Source of the DNA: Marsupella aquatica
Lineage: Eukaryota; Plantae; Marchantiophyta
Direction: 5' to 3'
NCBI GenBank assembly: GCA_973895155.1
Contig: OZ316898.1
Span: forward strand, 2,455,927-2,519,926
DNA: 64,000 nucleotides
Part shown: piece after piece, positions 50,496-63,673 of the stretch
Numbering within the stretch: position 1 is the stretch's first letter
Layout: every line of letters starts with the position of its first letter
The notes under the pieces: model-generated
What the model was told of the DNA's origin: nothing
Databases searched by the model: none
What the model saw: the letters and a program-made list of their open reading frames with translations, nothing else
Position numbers and translations under genes: made by a program

Positions 50496-51314
50496 TTACT
50501 GATCCATCTTCCACAAGAACAGGGCGTACATTGATTGCAACTCGGAGTCATCATGCGACTCTTCAACTGCCCGGGCGAAGAGCTCGTCAGCCTTGTTTAT
50601 ATCCCCGAGAGTCTTCCACGCAAACTGCGCGTACCGCACCAGCATGTTGGCGTCATTCGGCTTCCTCTTCATGGCGATTTCGAAGTACTTCGTGGCGGTA
50701 CTCTTCTCCTTCCACACATCGTTCACAAATTCCGCAAAATCTACGAGAAAGCTCACTTCTGGGCAAATTTCGAGGTCTCGCACTGTCCGTCTCTCGGTGT
50801 ACGAGGCCGCACGCGCTTCCAGTTGAAGGAATGCCTCATCGTCTCCCCAGACCCCGTCCTCCCCGACCAAAACGCAAGAGTCGCCTTCAGTCTTAATAGG
50901 GAAAATCGGTCGACATCCTCTGCTGCAACACTCTATTTGGGCTGCCTTCACTTCGGCCTCGAATGCGGTCCGGTGTAGTGTGCTTTCCGAGACCTTAAGA
51001 GTCGGCTCCATCAGTACATGAGCCTCTGTTTCTAACAAGCTCGAGGCTCTAGATATCGCTCTCTCCGTTGTAGCAGATCGGTATCGACTCATTCCCGGGG
51101 GCCAGGCCCACCCCCCTGTGCTGCACAGCGACTCACTGTTGGAAGAAGCAGCAGAAGCGGAAGCTGAACCTGCAGAAAACTGCTCTCCCCTGGTTGTTGA
51201 GACCGCCGAGCTCCCAAAAGACGGAGCCATCCTCAAACTGCACGGAAGGCTTAGAAATCTCTGCAGAGGCGGCAGGGGAGTGCCCAATCGACCGACGACC
51301 TGCAACTCCGCCAT
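50496..51314 (-). CDS. Plant tetratricopeptide-repeat (TPR)-like protein, 272 aa, single coding exon
   Basis: Ser-rich disordered N-terminus. C-terminal TPR/HAT helices FLVDFAEFV...YFEIAMKRKPNDANMLVRYAQFAWKTLGDINKADELFARAVEESHDDSELQSMYALFLW. First ATG 51314; a likely 5' UTR intron acceptor (TTTTGTTGCTGCAG) lies just upstream at ~51346. Confidence 0.88.
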   Translation of the reverse strand: MAELQVVGRLGTPLPPLQRFLSLPCSLRMAPSFGSSAVSTTRGEQFSAGSASASAASSNSESLCSTGGWAWPPGMSRYRSATTERAISRASSLLETEAHVLMEPTLKVSESTLHRTAFEAEVKAAQIECCSRGCRPIFPIKTEGDSCVLVGEDGVWGDDEAFLQLEARAASYTERRTVRDLEICPEVSFLVDFAEFVNDVWKEKSTATKYFEIAMKRKPNDANMLVRYAQFAWKTLGDINKADELFARAVEESHDDSELQSMYALFLWKMDQ

Positions 51315-52109
51315 CTCCACAATCCTCTCCTTTGGAGTTATCCGACTGCAGCAACAAAACTCTCGGAGCCTCGGAGTTTTGGAGTCCTATGACAGCGCAC
51401 AAGGATGAGCGCCGTTAAGCTCGCAGCTTCAAATTCAGGCACGGTCAATCGCGAGTCGTTACCGCGGCCAGCACAAAACGATTCTGAAGAGCAGAATTCA
51501 TAATTATCACCAGCGAGCTTTTCTACGAGGATGCGCAGCTAACACCACTACCACCTCCACGCCCACACGCTGCGTCATACCACTATTCCAAGTCCCTCGT
51601 ACTCGTTCCTTTCCAGCTAATGCAACTCATCCGCTCCGCATCCTGCAGCACTCAACTATCACTCGATCCAATAGAATCCTCCCACAGCTGCATCAATCAA
51701 TCAATCAATCCTCAAGCCAGCATCAACCCGCCAGCCAGCCAGCGCCTGTCGTGCTCGAAGCCAAATTCCTTGTAACCAATCCAATCCTCGGATCAAAACC
51801 TCGGAGTCCGAACACCATCAATCATCCACCAACCAGCAATTTGAGTACTGTACTGAACTATCGCTCGATCAAATCCACCCGCAGCTGAATCAATCTTGCC
51901 AGCCCTGGATAGCAATCGAGCCAGCCTGTCTTTCGGAGGACCAGATTAACGCGTGCTCAATCCAAGTCGAAGCATCAATCATCGACAACCCACCCAGCAA
52001 ATCGATTCTTAAAAATGCGGAGGAACAAAAACGCAAATGCCTCCTGACGAAAGCCCACAGAGCAGAGGACTCGAGACTTCTCGTCCGTCGAGAAAGAAGA
52101 GGAAACGAG

Positions 52110-52305
52110 AAAAGTTGTGTGAGAGGAGAGAGAGAGAGAGAGAAAGAGAAGTGTGAATGACTTCAAGGAAGGACGAAAGAAATACAGTCGTAAAGAGAGC
52201 CGTTGTTTTCTTTTGGCCGATGTGCGCGAGAAACGGGGGAGGAGAGGAAAAGATCGAGGCTGCTTCTTTCTGGCGAACAGGGGCGAGAAGTGCGGGGCTA
52301 TATAC
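52110..52305 (-). promoter_or_regulatory. TATA box and CT-rich 5' leader of the TPR-like gene
   Basis: TATATA at 52299-52304 in a CpG-rich context, followed on the minus strand by CT-rich sequence including (CT)n at ~52125-52143. Confidence 0.55.
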
Positions 52306-55300
52306 GCGACGGGTGGCACGCAGCTCCCGGAGTGACCGTGAAAGCCGGGCGATGGATGTTCATGGGGCTCATGGCATATATGGCATGGTATGGCATGCAG
52401 GGCCAGCATTGAAGGACGTTGACTGAACGACGTATTCCGCTTCGCCGGAACCGTGGAGAGTCGGGACAAAAAGGAGATTCTGGTCTAGCGGTGGACAACT
52501 ATGGTGGGTGGGCGACCGGGCTAAGGACCGAGAGAATGGACGGTGGAGTTTGCGTTATTGTTGGCGAGTATCACGTCGACTCATCGTCCTCCATACAGTA
52601 GTGAGTGGTTAATTTTAGTGTAACCCGTGGTCTCAAAAGGGTTATTTATGGGTTGTAATCCCCAGGGGCACTGAGTTGTAGAGGGTTGCACACATTGTCC
52701 ATTGACACATGGTCCCAGAGTGGCCATGGATTAACAAATGTAAGTGTTGAGTGTAAGTTTTGCCTATATATGATTTGACAGTTGTATGTAAACTTAGTTA
52801 ACTCTCCAAATGGCTTAGCCAAGGCAACCACAATCTCATAATAGCTAGGCCAGGCTGGCGGGGGGTATGGACTCATAGAAAACAGTATACGAGGGGTTTA
52901 CAATTTTAGGGTCCTCCAGTAATTTGCTCACCAGTAGCCAATGTTTTCATTGGGAGAGAGTGTGTTGTTGCCCTTCATACCGTAGTGAGAGGTTAATTTT
53001 AGGAAACTACAGTGATTTGCACGCCACTGCCCTGCAAGTTTTTAATTGTGAGAGAGGAGAGTGTCCTCCATAGAGTACTGAGAGGTTAATTTGAGGAACC
53101 CTTCTCTAATTTGCTCACAACTAGCAATCTTCCTTATTTCGGGAAAGGAGGCTCGAGAGTTATTCAAACTATCTAGGTGAGCTAAACATTTTTTTTCATT
53201 TTGTAATTGAGGGAAGATCACCTTTGAGCAAGCTGCACAGCCAGGTTTCAAAGAGGGAAAATTCCTAGTTTAATTTTTGAAGTTTTCTATACTTCAAAAT
53301 TACTGCAACTAGCACCACCAAGTTTTTGTAATACTTTGAGTTACACTGGTTTTGCACAAAGAGCACTTTTGGGATAAGCTATCTGGAATCCCTGGAAAGT
53401 ACCAATGCCAAAGATCCTAGAAAAGTAGCAAACCAAAGGTCCAGAAAAATTAAGTAGAGCTGTCCGTAATGTGTCCAAATCAGGGTGAGTTAACTTTTAT
53501 TTAGGCCTGGATTCAAGGTGAGATGAGCAACGTCTCTCAGTTGAGAAACTTAGGATCCGAATAGGGTTGAAACTGCCAGAAGGGCTTCAGCATGTGCTCT
53601 GCTCTAAGTCACCGGCCATTTTGTTGGAGCAAAATGAGACAATTTTAGGAATGAGACACCTTTAAGGTCATGACACTATCCAACAATGTCAACCAGAGTT
53701 TCATGAGTCAAGCTGGGTCAATGTAAGGATTTACTTGACTTCTTTTTCCGGCTTAACAGCAGCAAGCATTTCACCCTGTTCTCTAATATATCTTATGAAG
53801 GCAATTATGAAGCTGCTATATGGTGGATACACTTTTCAGATTAATGTGTGCATTTGGTGTACTAAGTTCCTCTCCTGGTTTCCTTTACAAAATCTATAAT
53901 TTTAATTGATTGTCATTACCTAGAAACAAGTGAAAATCTGTATTGTATGTGCACAATTATTTAATATCTTTGTATTTTCTTGGTCATAATGTGCTTTTCT
54001 TTGCATGTTGATGTACTTATGGTTTAAACTCACTCTTTATTAACAGATATTAATTTATTGGCATATACTTTACATGTACATACTTCTTTTATCATTACAA
54101 GACAAAAAAAAGAGGCGTGTTCGAGGATGAACATGCTATATCTTAAATCTATCTTGCGAGCTATCTCGGATTGTGAGATTTGTTGGACCATCTAGATGAT
54201 GTTTATGTTCCCTGCCACTGCAGTGACTAAGGTCTAGTAGTAGTCAGTGAGAAATGCAACTTCCCAACTCACCATCCACTCTCATTTTGAAATTGATCGA
54301 CCCTAATGTGAGCAACAGGTATGACGGGCTCCAAGAATTACGGCTATCTAAGGCCCGACAGCCCTTCCACTCTGCTTCTCAACTTGAGGGTTACCCTGAG
54401 ATTGTCTCCCCATCTTTCAGAGATCCAAGGGAAACCATAAACCCTATACAGAATGAAGATTACCTGTATGCTAACATTTTTGTAAGGACCTGCTATTCCC
54501 ATAATGTCTTGCCCAAAAATAATCTTTTTCTGGACAACGATTACATGCCATAATGGAGGTCTGGGCAGGGGTTCTAGCCTAAAGCCTATTCCAAGAAATC
54601 TCAGAAAATATTTATGGTTACTGCCTATAAGGTTTTACTCACTTTCTGGTCACAGGGTTAGGGCTAGTAACCCCAGACCAAACCAACATTATCCTATACC
54701 TCGACACCTTTTTTCGAGGGCTATTGAAATAAACACCAAATAAGTAACACACTTCAGTCACGTTTGAGGGCTAAAAGAACAGTCCCCTAAATAATGCTTT
54801 TCAGAGTCCCCTAATGCCTTTTCGAGGAACGAAAACACAAAGGTACACGAACAGGTCCGATCAGAGTACGGTATACGGCCCACCACAGGTGCTGTACACA
54901 GATGTACCGGACGGCGTCCTCTTGTAGGGCTCGCAGCTGCCATCATGATAGCAGCTGCTCCCAAAGGTCGGTCCTACAGAAACAACATCGTCGCTACTGC
55001 GGCCGGGAAATGAAAAGGGATGGCGGCGAGTCCACGAGATAAGAGTCTGGAAAGTTCTCCCTAGCGCAGTCCGGCGCTACTCTACAGGCGTATGGGCGCA
55101 TTCCGGTAAAAGACACAGCCCATGCGACACGACGTGCGAAGCCCTTGCAGGGCCGACGCGTGCCCTCGCCCACGTGCGTGAAAAAGGTCAAGTGGGTGCG
55201 CGATAAACTAGGGTTTAGGATGGTGAAAAGTTCATTCAATGTATGGGTCCTTGCCATGTAATACAGACAGTGTAATGCTACTGGTTTTTCATGAGTAATT

Positions 55301-55575
55301 ACAGTTAGGCGAGGAAGACTTGGGCTCGCGCACTCGCCGCATCAACCAGCGCAATATATTTACAAAGAGGGACAAACAAAGTACAAATACAATGAAGTCC
55401 AAAACTCAGAAAATTTGAAAAATAGAGACCCCTAAATGACCCCAGAAAGAGGAAAAGAAACCAATGCAAATAAACTCATGGTACACATCTAATGTCTAAA
55501 AGCAATGGGGCTTTGTACTCTATCAAGGAAAATCTATGGGGAAATCAAACTATCATGGTGTAATTGCAATGAACT

Positions 55576-56412
55576 TATTTACGGACCCCACTAGAGGTCA
55601 CTTCCAAAATTCCTGGCACCACAACGTGCCACGTCAACAACAACCGCAACAAACAAAACTCATCAGTTTTGTGAATCAAACTTATAGTTTTCATTCGTGT
55701 TTGTGTCAATTTGGGTATAAATTTTGGGATGCCGTGCCATAAAAAGAAAAATAAAACATTGGAAATGCAAAGAGCAAGACGGTTAAAACTGCCAATATGT
55801 AACCGTTTTGTTACATTTCCAATTTTTAAAACTTAAATTCAAAGATTTATAAAAAGTATTTTTCATATAATAAATAATGACTAATAACTAACTTGATAAC
55901 TTTCTTGTTAAACGATAACTCCCGGTATGTAAGGACCTCTCGTATTGTACGGCCATTAATGCTGGAAATAGCACATAGAAACCCAGGATCGGGGAGGAGG
56001 AATGGCTAGAATCTTGAAAGTTCATCAAATTTTATACTCAAAACTATTTACTCATTCTCAAAAAAAAAATACCCAGTCGTAGATCTCATTGAGATCTTTC
56101 TTTTGCACCCTAGATCGCCTTCTAACATGGATGAATAAGATTTCTAGAGGCATTACAAAATGGACGGCAAAGATCGTAAAATCAACAAAATTGACGGCTA
56201 GGAAGGCTTGGATTTGTTTAATTTTTCATTTGAAAAACATTAACCCATTTGCAAAATGGACAGAACCCATCCATAGATCTATTTGAGATCTTTCTTTTGA
56301 GCCATAGATTGGCCATTATGATGGACGGACAAGATTTCCGGAGATAAGAAATGGAGACGGCTCAGATCGACTCTTCCCCCTGATTTTATTAGCCAAGGGG
56401 TCCACGAACTAA
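55576..56412. mobile_element. Putative short-TIR DNA transposon, copy 2
   Basis: TATTTACGGACCCC at 55576 and GGGGTCCACGAACTAA at 56397-56412. Left arm homologous to 9290-9560. Contains an internal diverged duplication (AGATCT..TTGAGATCTTTCTTTTG at ~56081 and ~56275). Confidence 0.55.
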
Positions 56413-59400
56413 TTATTTATTTATGTAGAGGAATTATTTACAACTGGAGTTGTTGTTGCTGTTTTCTCCCCTGGGTAAAGAAACTAAAACCTGGCTTATA
56501 TATTTATGTTTTGGAAGAGTAGTTTCTCCTCTGGGAGATGCACAGATCCCAGGTTTTGACTTCTTTCTTTTCTTGAAATTGTATCTACCTTCTAATGCCC
56601 TTTGTGTGGGTGCATTGATTCTATTTTGATATTTTACTCTATTTTTTAGGACCCCTAATCTCTGACGTGCCTTGAAAGGTATCACTTTTTTGGGAGAGAA
56701 TTATTAATCGCTTCATCGGCTCTTACAGGCGTCTGTTTCACCTTAATACAGTACAATGGCGAAGTGCTTAGTTATTTATGGAAATGTTTTGAACTGGATT
56801 TCGTTTGCTGGGATAAAGAAAGGAACTCCACTCATAACAATAAGCAGCCACAATGATGTCCTGGGCTTTGGTAACTCTTCAGATTTTGTCCTATTTAGAT
56901 TTCTCGTAATTTTATTTATCGTTCAATGTATTTTGTCAAAGTGCATCCGTTGTGTTTTTTGCATTTTATTAAAAATGTTCTACTCTGCCCTTACAGGAGT
57001 TTGTTTGACCTCAATACGTTGTAACCGCAAAGTGATTGTTCATTTATGCACATGTTCTTAAACTAGGATTTTTTCATGGGGATTCGCGGGACAGCAAGCA
57101 ATGCACCTGGCAGATGTCTTGAGCTCTAGGGAAAGGAAAACATAGCCAAAAGACCAACAAAGGAACTTACAACCCAAAAAGGGGGCCATGTAATCAAATT
57201 TCAAAGGGTGGGTTTGAGGGCTTGTGAATGGATTGACCACAGGGCCTTTTAAGCTCAAGAATAGGGCCTTGTGTTAGAAGCTTCAGATCTTCTTCTCTCT
57301 CTTCTCGGTTACCAGCCAACTCCTTGAGATATTATCTGACACTTTTTATAGAAGTGGGATAAAATTCTTGTCATCGAGAAAATGGAATATGAAGCTAGGA
57401 TGGAGAATGACGTCTGGCAAGGACCCCGGATGGAGCACTACAACGTGGGTGGACTATTTCCAAGTGCAATTAAACTTCAAACTCAATTAGCAAAAACCAT
57501 TGGGTCTCAAAAGTTGGATGGTAACTACATTGCGGTCCATCCCAGCATCAATTTCCACACTTCTGGGTATTACCTTCTTTGTGGGTGGTTTACTTCTGTT
57601 AGTTGTAATCAGGGAGAAAATACTATGAGAGAATGTGACACTTTTCCACTCAAACCCATTCTGGGAACCTGGCAAGAATGGGCTCAAGTTGATCCTAACT
57701 GGATTCTAATCCACCTCCCCAGAGCTCCTTTATTCAGCCCTTTTTGTTGTTGTTGTTGGGGGAGGGGGAGTGCTTCTCCAACTTGTTCTGAACCATCATG
57801 GGGAAACATCCTCCCCTCACGTGGCCCCTTGACCCTCTTGCCATGTTGTCCAAACGTTTTGTTGATGTCACTTGCACTTTTTGTTGCTTCGTGAGGCTGT
57901 CATCATCCTGAAACTATTTCTTCTAATGAAGCCAAGGTTACTACTCTATGTGCACCCTAAGAATAGGCTTTTATTTTAGCCTAATGTAGCGTCCCATGTC
58001 TGGCATGCCAAGTTTGTCAGGAAAGCCTAGATCCTTCCCCATTAGAAGGGATAAGGAAATGCTACAGAAAAAGACAAGCGAAATGTGATAGAAGATCAAA
58101 CAACGTGCAACTGGCCCTCACTCAAAGAAGAAAAAGGTTTTCCACACGTGGGCAATGAAGGAAAACAAGATGCTTGCTCAACCCTTCATGTGGGTGGAGC
58201 AATCGACCCAAAACCTTCTATTAAATGGTGCAATGCATATTTATGTGTCATCTTTGGAACAATTTGTAAAACATGCCATGCAAGTAAATTTAAACAATTA
58301 TTTGTGTCTCAGGGTTTTAGGTGGTCAGATCTGGGACATCCACTTCCTTTGTGCTAACAAGAGTATTGAGCTACTAAAAACTAATTGAAAATTTTACACC
58401 TTATCCTATATAATAGAAACAAAACTGAAGCCCCCATGGACCTTACGCTTTGACAAATATGCCCTGATTGACCAGCTCATCCAGATGGAACACAGGAAAA
58501 ACCTTTTTGCACTCAGATAACACTCTTCCTTTGTAAGAAAATCCATGCTTTTTACTGGGCAGCAGTAGCCGGACCTTCTTTGTTGCAACCTTCATGAGAG
58601 TGATCAATTCTAGCAATTAATTCCAAGAAAAAGGGGTCAGGCTTTCACCATATTTTGTAGATTGGTTGTAGTGTTTCTAGACGGATTCACTTTCATAATT
58701 CTCATGTTTCCTCCAAAGCTCTATAGGGCTTTTCAGTATTCCACTCAATAGAGTTTTTTGTTGTTGTAGGGGACTCCTTGGTTTGGTGGGACTCTTCCTT
58801 TCCTCCCTCCCTTTATTAGGTCATTTTGCCTGTAGGATCCTCTCTCCAGGTTTAACGTTTCTGTCGTTTTGGCATTATGATATATATTCATACTTTTTCA
58901 TCTCCCCCTTACATGGATATCTTTGGCTACGAGGAAAGCAAAAACGCCAACAAGGAGAGAGGTAAAACGCCTAGAGTACTTCCATCCTCGAGGTCATGAG
59001 GCCATCACACGAGTGCGCCACTCCGCCCGCGGAGAAACTTTGGAAAAGAGGGCTAACACAACAAGACCCGGGTTCCATGGCAAACTAGGGCTGGGCCCGG
59101 CCAAAAGCGTCATTGGCCTGTGGCCACTAGAAGCCGGTGGCCGTCCGTCGGGATTTCCATCCTGCGATCTAGGTGGAACCCACAAAGGTGAGTGTGCGGG
59201 CCAGAAACGAAGGGGGCCCACACAGGATCGGAATGACGGGGTCCACTTCGCAGCCACAGACCGAATAAGGGGCTGGGAACTGATCCCTCACACCAGGTGT
59301 CCGGACCAGAGCTTCGGATTCACGCGGATTAGATCTCGGTCCGCTTCTATTCTGTGGATAAGGATGCGGTACGGGAGCCGAGATCCGGCCCGGCTCTCGA

Positions 59401-60210
59401 CACGTGTGGGGCCCAATCATTCCAGAGAGGGATCATGTCAAGTAGACCGAATGTGTACGGTGTATGGCGTGCGGTATACGGTGGGATTCAGCCTCGTGTT
59501 AAAATGTATCCATTCCTGGAAATTAGTAGGGGCGCGATCTGCCATGGAACCCGGGTCCCGCCACTGCCTAAGGGAGTGTGAGGCCCCCACTCCCGGGACG
59601 CGGGTTGTACCACTACACTGGGTTAGTTTAGGTTCGAGTGTTTCATGTAATGTAAATCATGGTTATGCAAGCGTGTCTGAGAGGTTACCTTATTATATAT
59701 ATTTAAGATTTAAGATAGGATAGGATAGGATGTTAGTGTGCTTTGAACCTAATTAGATGTCTATTTTATAGAAGAGTATGTCTTATTTGAAATTCAAATC
59801 AGATAAAATATTATGATAATGAAGATTCTTGACTTTGTTTTTTAAATTTTTTATTTCTTAGATTTATCAAAACTTTAGTCCAAATAATACGAAATTATGT
59901 ATTGTGGATCACATGGTGCCTATGGTTTGTTGTAGCTAAACCCTGTAGAATAGTGGGCAGAGCATGTGGGTTGTGTGATCGCACATAGATATTTTACTAG
60001 CTATTTGCACAGGACTAATCAGGTGGTCTATTTGAAAGTTCTATAATATGCAGTGAGTTTCTAGCTTGAGCCCATGCTGATGGCTTGGAAGTCCAATATT
60101 ATTCAAACCCTGGAGTCAACCAATGATAATTTGCGACACTAAACCTATACTCCTCTACTCAGATATTTTTGGAGGTGGCCAACATGATGCAAATCTTTCA
60201 ACCAACCACC

Positions 60211-60420
60211 CACCACTTGGACACTAAACTTTTGTCCACTATTATGTGACTAGTCCTCATCCGTCACATTGCTCCCAATCAAAACATTACCTACACTATA
60301 GAAGTGTGTTGGAGTCACCACTTGGACACTTAACTTTGTGTCCAATATCGTGTGACTAGTCCTCATCCCTCACATTGCTCCCAATCAAAACACTATTTCC
60401 AATATAGAACTGTGCTGGCA
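60211..60420. repeat. 105-bp tandem duplication
   Basis: CACCACTTGGACACT...GTGACTAGTCCTCATCC.TCACATTGCTCCCAATCAAAACA occurs twice (anchors 60216 and 60321). Confidence 0.9.
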
Positions 60421-62797
60421 AATCCTAGCTGCTGACCAGGTTTGGATCCAAACCTAGATGGCTTCCTGGCAAATCCTAGTCCCCCATCCTCACCTGACCA
60501 CCATATTTTATTGTTTAGGGGACACAGATTTCTTTTTCCCCTCAAAATGATCACTTTACTAAGCAAATAAGTGTTGAATATGGGATCCACCTACCATAGC
60601 AATCATCACAAAGGCAAATCCTTAAAGCTATTTACTCTTTCTTAAAAAGGCAAATCATCATAAAAATCATTTTGGATCATTTTGATGTCTATTGGATGCA
60701 TCGTAAATTAATGTAAATTTTGACATTTTTTGGAGATCCTTTCTATGACATCTGGTTAATCTTATTGACTCTAACATTTTGGATATACTATTACATTGAC
60801 ATTAGACATGCATTCAACTAATATAAATGCTGTCAAATTGATATCATAGAGGTCACGGGAAGATATGAAGTAAAATACATATACTAAGAAACTCGATATC
60901 AAATGGATATATGACCAATTTTGTGACGGTAACAATGCTAGCTAAGTCCTTATAATCTATGATGGGAGTGAAAAACCATGGACATCAGAGCAAATTGAAC
61001 CCTATCCAAAGAAGCTAGTTAGCAAGAATTGTTTTATCGAGAGGATTGAAAAGAAAGCCCACAACATTTGGGAAACAAGTTGGATGGGCAATTTGTAAAC
61101 TTTGCTTTGACCCTTAATAAATATGAGTGGTTTGGATGATGGTCACCTTGAAGTCACAAAAGTTGCTAGGACCATTGAAGTTGCATGGTTTCACAATGTG
61201 GTCCATCCGAGCATCAACTTCATAGGATTGTGTTAAATCCTTTGGTGTATTGGGATAGAGTACTCTATCTAATTTAATTTTTTTAAACGGTCCCACTAGT
61301 GCCTAGAGTTGCGCCTACTTCTGTCATCGAAGTTGTTGGACTGAATTGATATCTGCAAGGAATGACAGAACAAGACTGTATTGTTCTGTCATTCAAGGCG
61401 GATTCTCCACATTAGCACTGCTCATCTTTGCAGCCCTTCTCCTTACCAAGACTGACCTTCACACCAATGTCGTGAGAATTGGACCTGCAGCTAGATTGGG
61501 TCTTGCACATGCACAAATCATATACGGAGGAACATCCAGCTACCCTTCAAGGCTCCCAAAGAAAACAGTTTTTTCTCCTAAGTCCTGCCACATTGAAACC
61601 ACTGGTGGTATCTGAACCTTCTTTATGCTGATCTTTCAACGTGGCAACCTCACTCCTTTAATTAAGTTACAGAGGATGCACATTGGATACGAAGCTTACT
61701 AGTGGGAACCCGGCTCCTGCCACTGGGAGGGGGAGGCTTTGAACCTCAATGTGAAGTGAACTCGCTGCCACAACAATGTGACAGGGAACGTGCTACGTTG
61801 CATAGAAAGCTACTGGACCCGGCTCTCGCCTCTGGGCATCTAAGGTCCGACACCCAATACAATTTTTTCAGAAACACTGGGAAAACAGTGACAGGAAGGA
61901 AAAACAGGTATGATTCTTCATTTCAATGACGGGGTGTAATCATTGCAGCTGGTGAGTCGATTCGGCACAGTTCCAACATTTGCTTGTACTGTCTTGGACA
62001 GAAGAATCAGCATGCCACGTAAATTGATATCTTCTCTTACTATTCAACAGCCTGTCTTGCCTAACACCAACTGAGTAGGATCTGGGCTTCTATCAAGAAC
62101 TTCCCACGTCCTATGAGCCGAGTTTCTTATCATGAGGTCAGTGTGATTAAATAAGAGTGCTGCCCACGTGACCTCCGTTAGTGCTCTGGTATCAATTGGG
62201 TCTCTGTGCTGGCCACTTATCGTCAGTAGCAAGTGTAGTGTGAAATTTTCGGTGATGCTTTACTTGAAGTGCAGCGATTAGGTGCAATAACCCTATTAGA
62301 TGTGCAGTTAAATACCTCTCAAACGAGACATTGAGCTCGAGATCTAAAAAAACATATTTCACTTTCCCAGGAAAAAAACATATTTCACTGCAGACCTTCC
62401 ACATAGTTGACAAAGCGTCGAGGACCCTAGAATGAGGACAAATTCCCAGTGTCCGCTTGTTGCAACGCTTATTGCAGGTTATCACCAGTCTGCAAGTATG
62501 GAACATTATCTTGCACTTAACAACGTGAGAAATATATATTATGCTTTTGTTAGCTGGATCTCGTGTCAGCATAGGAGTTGAGCTCATGGGGTCTTTCAAG
62601 ATATTGTATAAACAAATTTAAAATTCTGCACAGTTAGCTCTAGCATGCATGTCCCGCAGAACTAAGTGGATTATCACACTTCCAGGAGACAAATCTGGAA
62701 ACTTTTAAAGACACGTTGCACAATTTCTACGGACAGATGCAACGTTGTTGTTTTCGAAGCTGAAGCTTTCAAATGGACTCTTCAGTTTTGAAGTAGA

Positions 62798-63673
62798 TCA
62801 CTTAGTAAAAACAGTATCATTCCTTCTTGGAGGTCGGTCTGGAACAGAGCCTGCAGTTTGAAACAGTCACGTATTCATAAGTACATTCATAGTTATGCTA
62901 GACCCACTCATGGATTTAGACGACATTTTTAGTACTTACCAACACTCCTTGCGCAACAGATACTTGACGTGGGACCATTCCAGTGAGAAGGAAAATGGTT
63001 GAAAAATCAGAGATGAGACTTCACTATTCAACCAAAACTTCCTTATTGGAAGAATTGTAGCTGCCTGCGACTTGAACTTAGACCACAACCATTTACTATC
63101 AATACAATTGCGAATCACAAAGAGGTCTATCCCGAGGGGTCGCTGACCTGGTTTGAACTTTGAAGCTTCATGTCTAGCCAGCTCGGATGGGACAGGACTA
63201 TTGCTCTGGATAAGCATCTGAAACGCCAGAAGAACACAAATAAGATTTGAAAACATATGTGATATAGCTTCATAATATAAAACAATCCATGATCACAAAT
63301 GACATGCAATACGGATATCCTCCAATGGTAGTGAAAACCGACCTGTTTCAAATCATAAAACACGTCAGTGTCGCCAAGTGTTAAAAACGTTGTAGCTATT
63401 CCAGTCTTTCCTGCACGACCAGTTCGACCTGGAGAACAACATCACATCAAGTCAGGATCTGCACCTTGAATTAATTTCTACATTCACAAGTATGTGCATT
63501 ACTCAGTGAAGACCATAAAACAAACAACAATGGCTACCTTACTAATCCTGGAACTTTTGCGTGCAGCACAAAACACGCAACATTCAGAAAAAACGCATAG
63601 GCCACATACCAATACGATGCGTATACTGCTCAATGTTCTTCGGCATGTCATAATTTATCACATGAGCCACATC
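62798..63673 (-). CDS. PRP28: DEAD-box RNA helicase Prp28/DDX23 (plant RH21-like), last four exons; 5' part outside the window
   Basis: Exons 63673-63610 ([21 protein letters not shown]), 63428-63343 ([29 protein letters not shown]), 63217-63148 ([23 protein letters not shown]), 62850-62798 ([17 protein letters not shown]). GT-AG introns, phases consistent. Motif VI HRIGRTGRAG plus the Prp28-type C-terminus. Mostly missed by the ORF track. Confidence 0.93.

Noticed and set aside
57382-57894. 170-aa ATG ORF
   Set aside because: CpG-depleted and shares short blocks with ~4100-4165 and ~61140-61230, so it is more likely a retroelement relic. No domain recognised.
58923-59723. 266-aa ORF
   Set aside because: Non-ATG start, no recognisable motif, and length explained by the GC-rich island.
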